A DNA stretch of 64,000 bases from Paraphysomonas bandaiensis (taxonomy: Eukaryota; Protista; Chrysophyceae): assembly GCA_965644295.1 (NCBI GenBank), contig CBFFRP010000355.1, forward strand, positions 57,405-121,404. Direction: 5' to 3'. Positions 62,010 through 64,000 of the stretch are shown here, one piece after another (positions within the stretch are counted from its first letter, which is position 1; every line of letters begins with the position of its first letter). The notes beneath the pieces were generated by a model. The model worked only from the letters and a program-made list of their open reading frames with translations, made no database searches and was not told the DNA's origin. The position numbers and the translations under genes are program-made.

Positions 62010-64000
62010 TGCAGCAGGGTTGTTGTATGCATATTGAATAAAATGAGTTTTTTCAATCATTTTGATGAGTGTGTAAACATAAACTCTATCTTATATTGCC
62101 ATACCATGTAGAGACTGATTGTATCTAAGGTGAATTCGTTGGGCTTATATATTGTGTTTGTAATGCTGTGTGTCAATTGTAGAACAGTATGTACGAGAGA
62201 AATTAACCACAAAATATTTCTTCACCCAGTAAATAAAATAAATTAAAGGGAGAAGGAAGAATGACAAGTGTTTCTCTCCACTTTTTGTGCAAGGCTGAAC
62301 ATCCGAGTTTGAAAATAGATGTGTTGGAGTGTATTCGACTCCAAGAATGAAAGATGTTACAATTCACGTCACTTTATGTTTGCATAATTATAAGGAATGG
62401 TAATATATCCATATTCTACGTGCTTTTTAATTTGTCTGCTGCTTCTATTTTCTAATTAATATACCAATTAGCCATCTAGCTATACACTATCGCAGTGTTC
62501 TTGTATTATCCATTTATTGTATCAATTTTGCAGTCTGTGGAAATTGTTTCAAAAGCAGTGAGTGCAGAAATGCAAAATGACATAACAATGAAGTAGAAGC
62601 CGGAGAAACTAGACAATGACCGATGAGGAATTTGGCTGTCATTGAGTGAGAGGTATCCGAAACTGACATTTGAGTGGTGTAAATAAAGTAACTCAATTTT
62701 GAATTAATAAATTGTTATCAATATTTCTCGTCATTCAGATGAATTGTGGTGTAGTGATGCCTCCACATCACTGTTGGGAGTTTGGAAAAAAGAGGTACAT
62801 TTCTATACTGCTTACAATTTTGATGATTATATATAACAAGTCACATGATAATATTAAGATATTGTTCGACATAGATACTTAGTCTGTACCCTACAGGATT
62901 ATATATGCAAAATGGGATTTTAGTCATAAAAAAGCTACATAATGCTGTGAATAGCATTATCTTGACTAATTTTTATTTTATACTTAAGTTTTATCTATTT
63001 TATACATGCATTTTACGTTAGTTATGATATTATAATATTATTCAAACATTGAAAATTAAAAAAAAAATATTCCAGTCCTTACCGACATACATCAAGGCAT
63101 TCAATTAGGGTTAGATAATAACAATATAGTATATATATAATATATATATGTTGTTATAAAGCGGAGTATGGATTTTAAAAGGTGAAAATGCCACGTATAT
63201 ATAAACAGTGAGAAGTGCTGCAGCGTATTAATGTACGAAATAGGCAGAGCATATTGTATTTGAAATAAAAGGTAATATATTAGACATTAAAATATATATA
63301 TTGTTTCTATATTCTATATTCTATATTGTTCAAGACTTTTTAGAGTAGAAGTTTTCAGAAATCTCATGTGAATTGGCCAAGAAAGTTTTGTAAGAAGCAT
63401 AAAAGACACATTTTCAAGCATGCCAAATTGTTCTATACACTGAATCTTACAGAGCCACTGTTATCAGCATTCATATTAGAATTTTATCGCCAACTCCAAA
63501 TGAGTACAAACCCCAACAATGTGCTTACTTCACCTTATAATAAGTAAACAATATGCAAACGTGGGAAATTTCAAAAATTCGGGAAGATCTACTAGTAGAT
63601 TTTACTAGACTTTTAAGAATTGCTGTAGAATGGTTCAGGGATGGTTGCACCAACAAGGTGCTTGCAGCAATAATGCGCAAGCAGTCCCGAGACAATTGAT
63701 TATTTCGTAATCCGTGTTACCACTAGTCTAGAGTAATAGATAGATAAATGCAATAAGTTCTCTCATGTAATAATCAGATCTTTTATATGTAGAATGGTTC
63801 TAAACACGAACACTACCTTGTTTTTGTATACCGTAACTCCTACTGAGTATAGTATGTCAGTACAGTTTATGACTAGATTTTTTGCTAAAAAGAGACTAGA
63901 CTTTGCCGATTTCATAATTAATTTGTAGATGATGGAGCTTTATAATACCATTATTTTTAAATCGTGCACAAGTGGTGGTTACTGTATATAGTGTCACCTT

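Noticed and set aside
62010-64000. AT-rich tail with short palindromes and a 60-aa ORF
   Set aside because: Palindromes of this length are expected by chance at this AT content; no gene or element ends identified.

Overview
Eukaryotic nuclear DNA with gene-dense, short (about 45-110 bp) GT-AG introns; a protist, possibly stramenopile, origin is an inference from gene content. About 18 genes are present, 16 of them in eight tight head-to-head pairs. The standout is an apparently intronless 8.2 kb ORF (53835-62009, 2724 aa) fusing a dsRBD, a CxxC..CxxC zinc domain resembling the RIG-I C-terminal domain, a Dicer/RIG-I-type DExH helicase, a cellular RNA-dependent RNA polymerase (DLDGD), a Cid1/TUTase-type nucleotidyltransferase, a KH-like segment and an unassigned tail. 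It looks like a single-chain version of an RNA-silencing RdRP complex. Other points: a 799-bp hAT-type element with perfect 23-bp TIRs and an 8-bp TSD inside the last coding exon of a class-V aminotransferase, replacing its C-terminus; a giant fibrocystin-L-like surface protein; an ankyrin-FHA-G-patch protein; a ubiquitin-like remnant missed by the ORF track; a 164-bp direct-repeat-bounded element; and a dispersed repeat present twice in opposite orientation. No rRNA, tRNA or CRISPR array was recognised. All domain calls are by eye from motifs; no searches were run.
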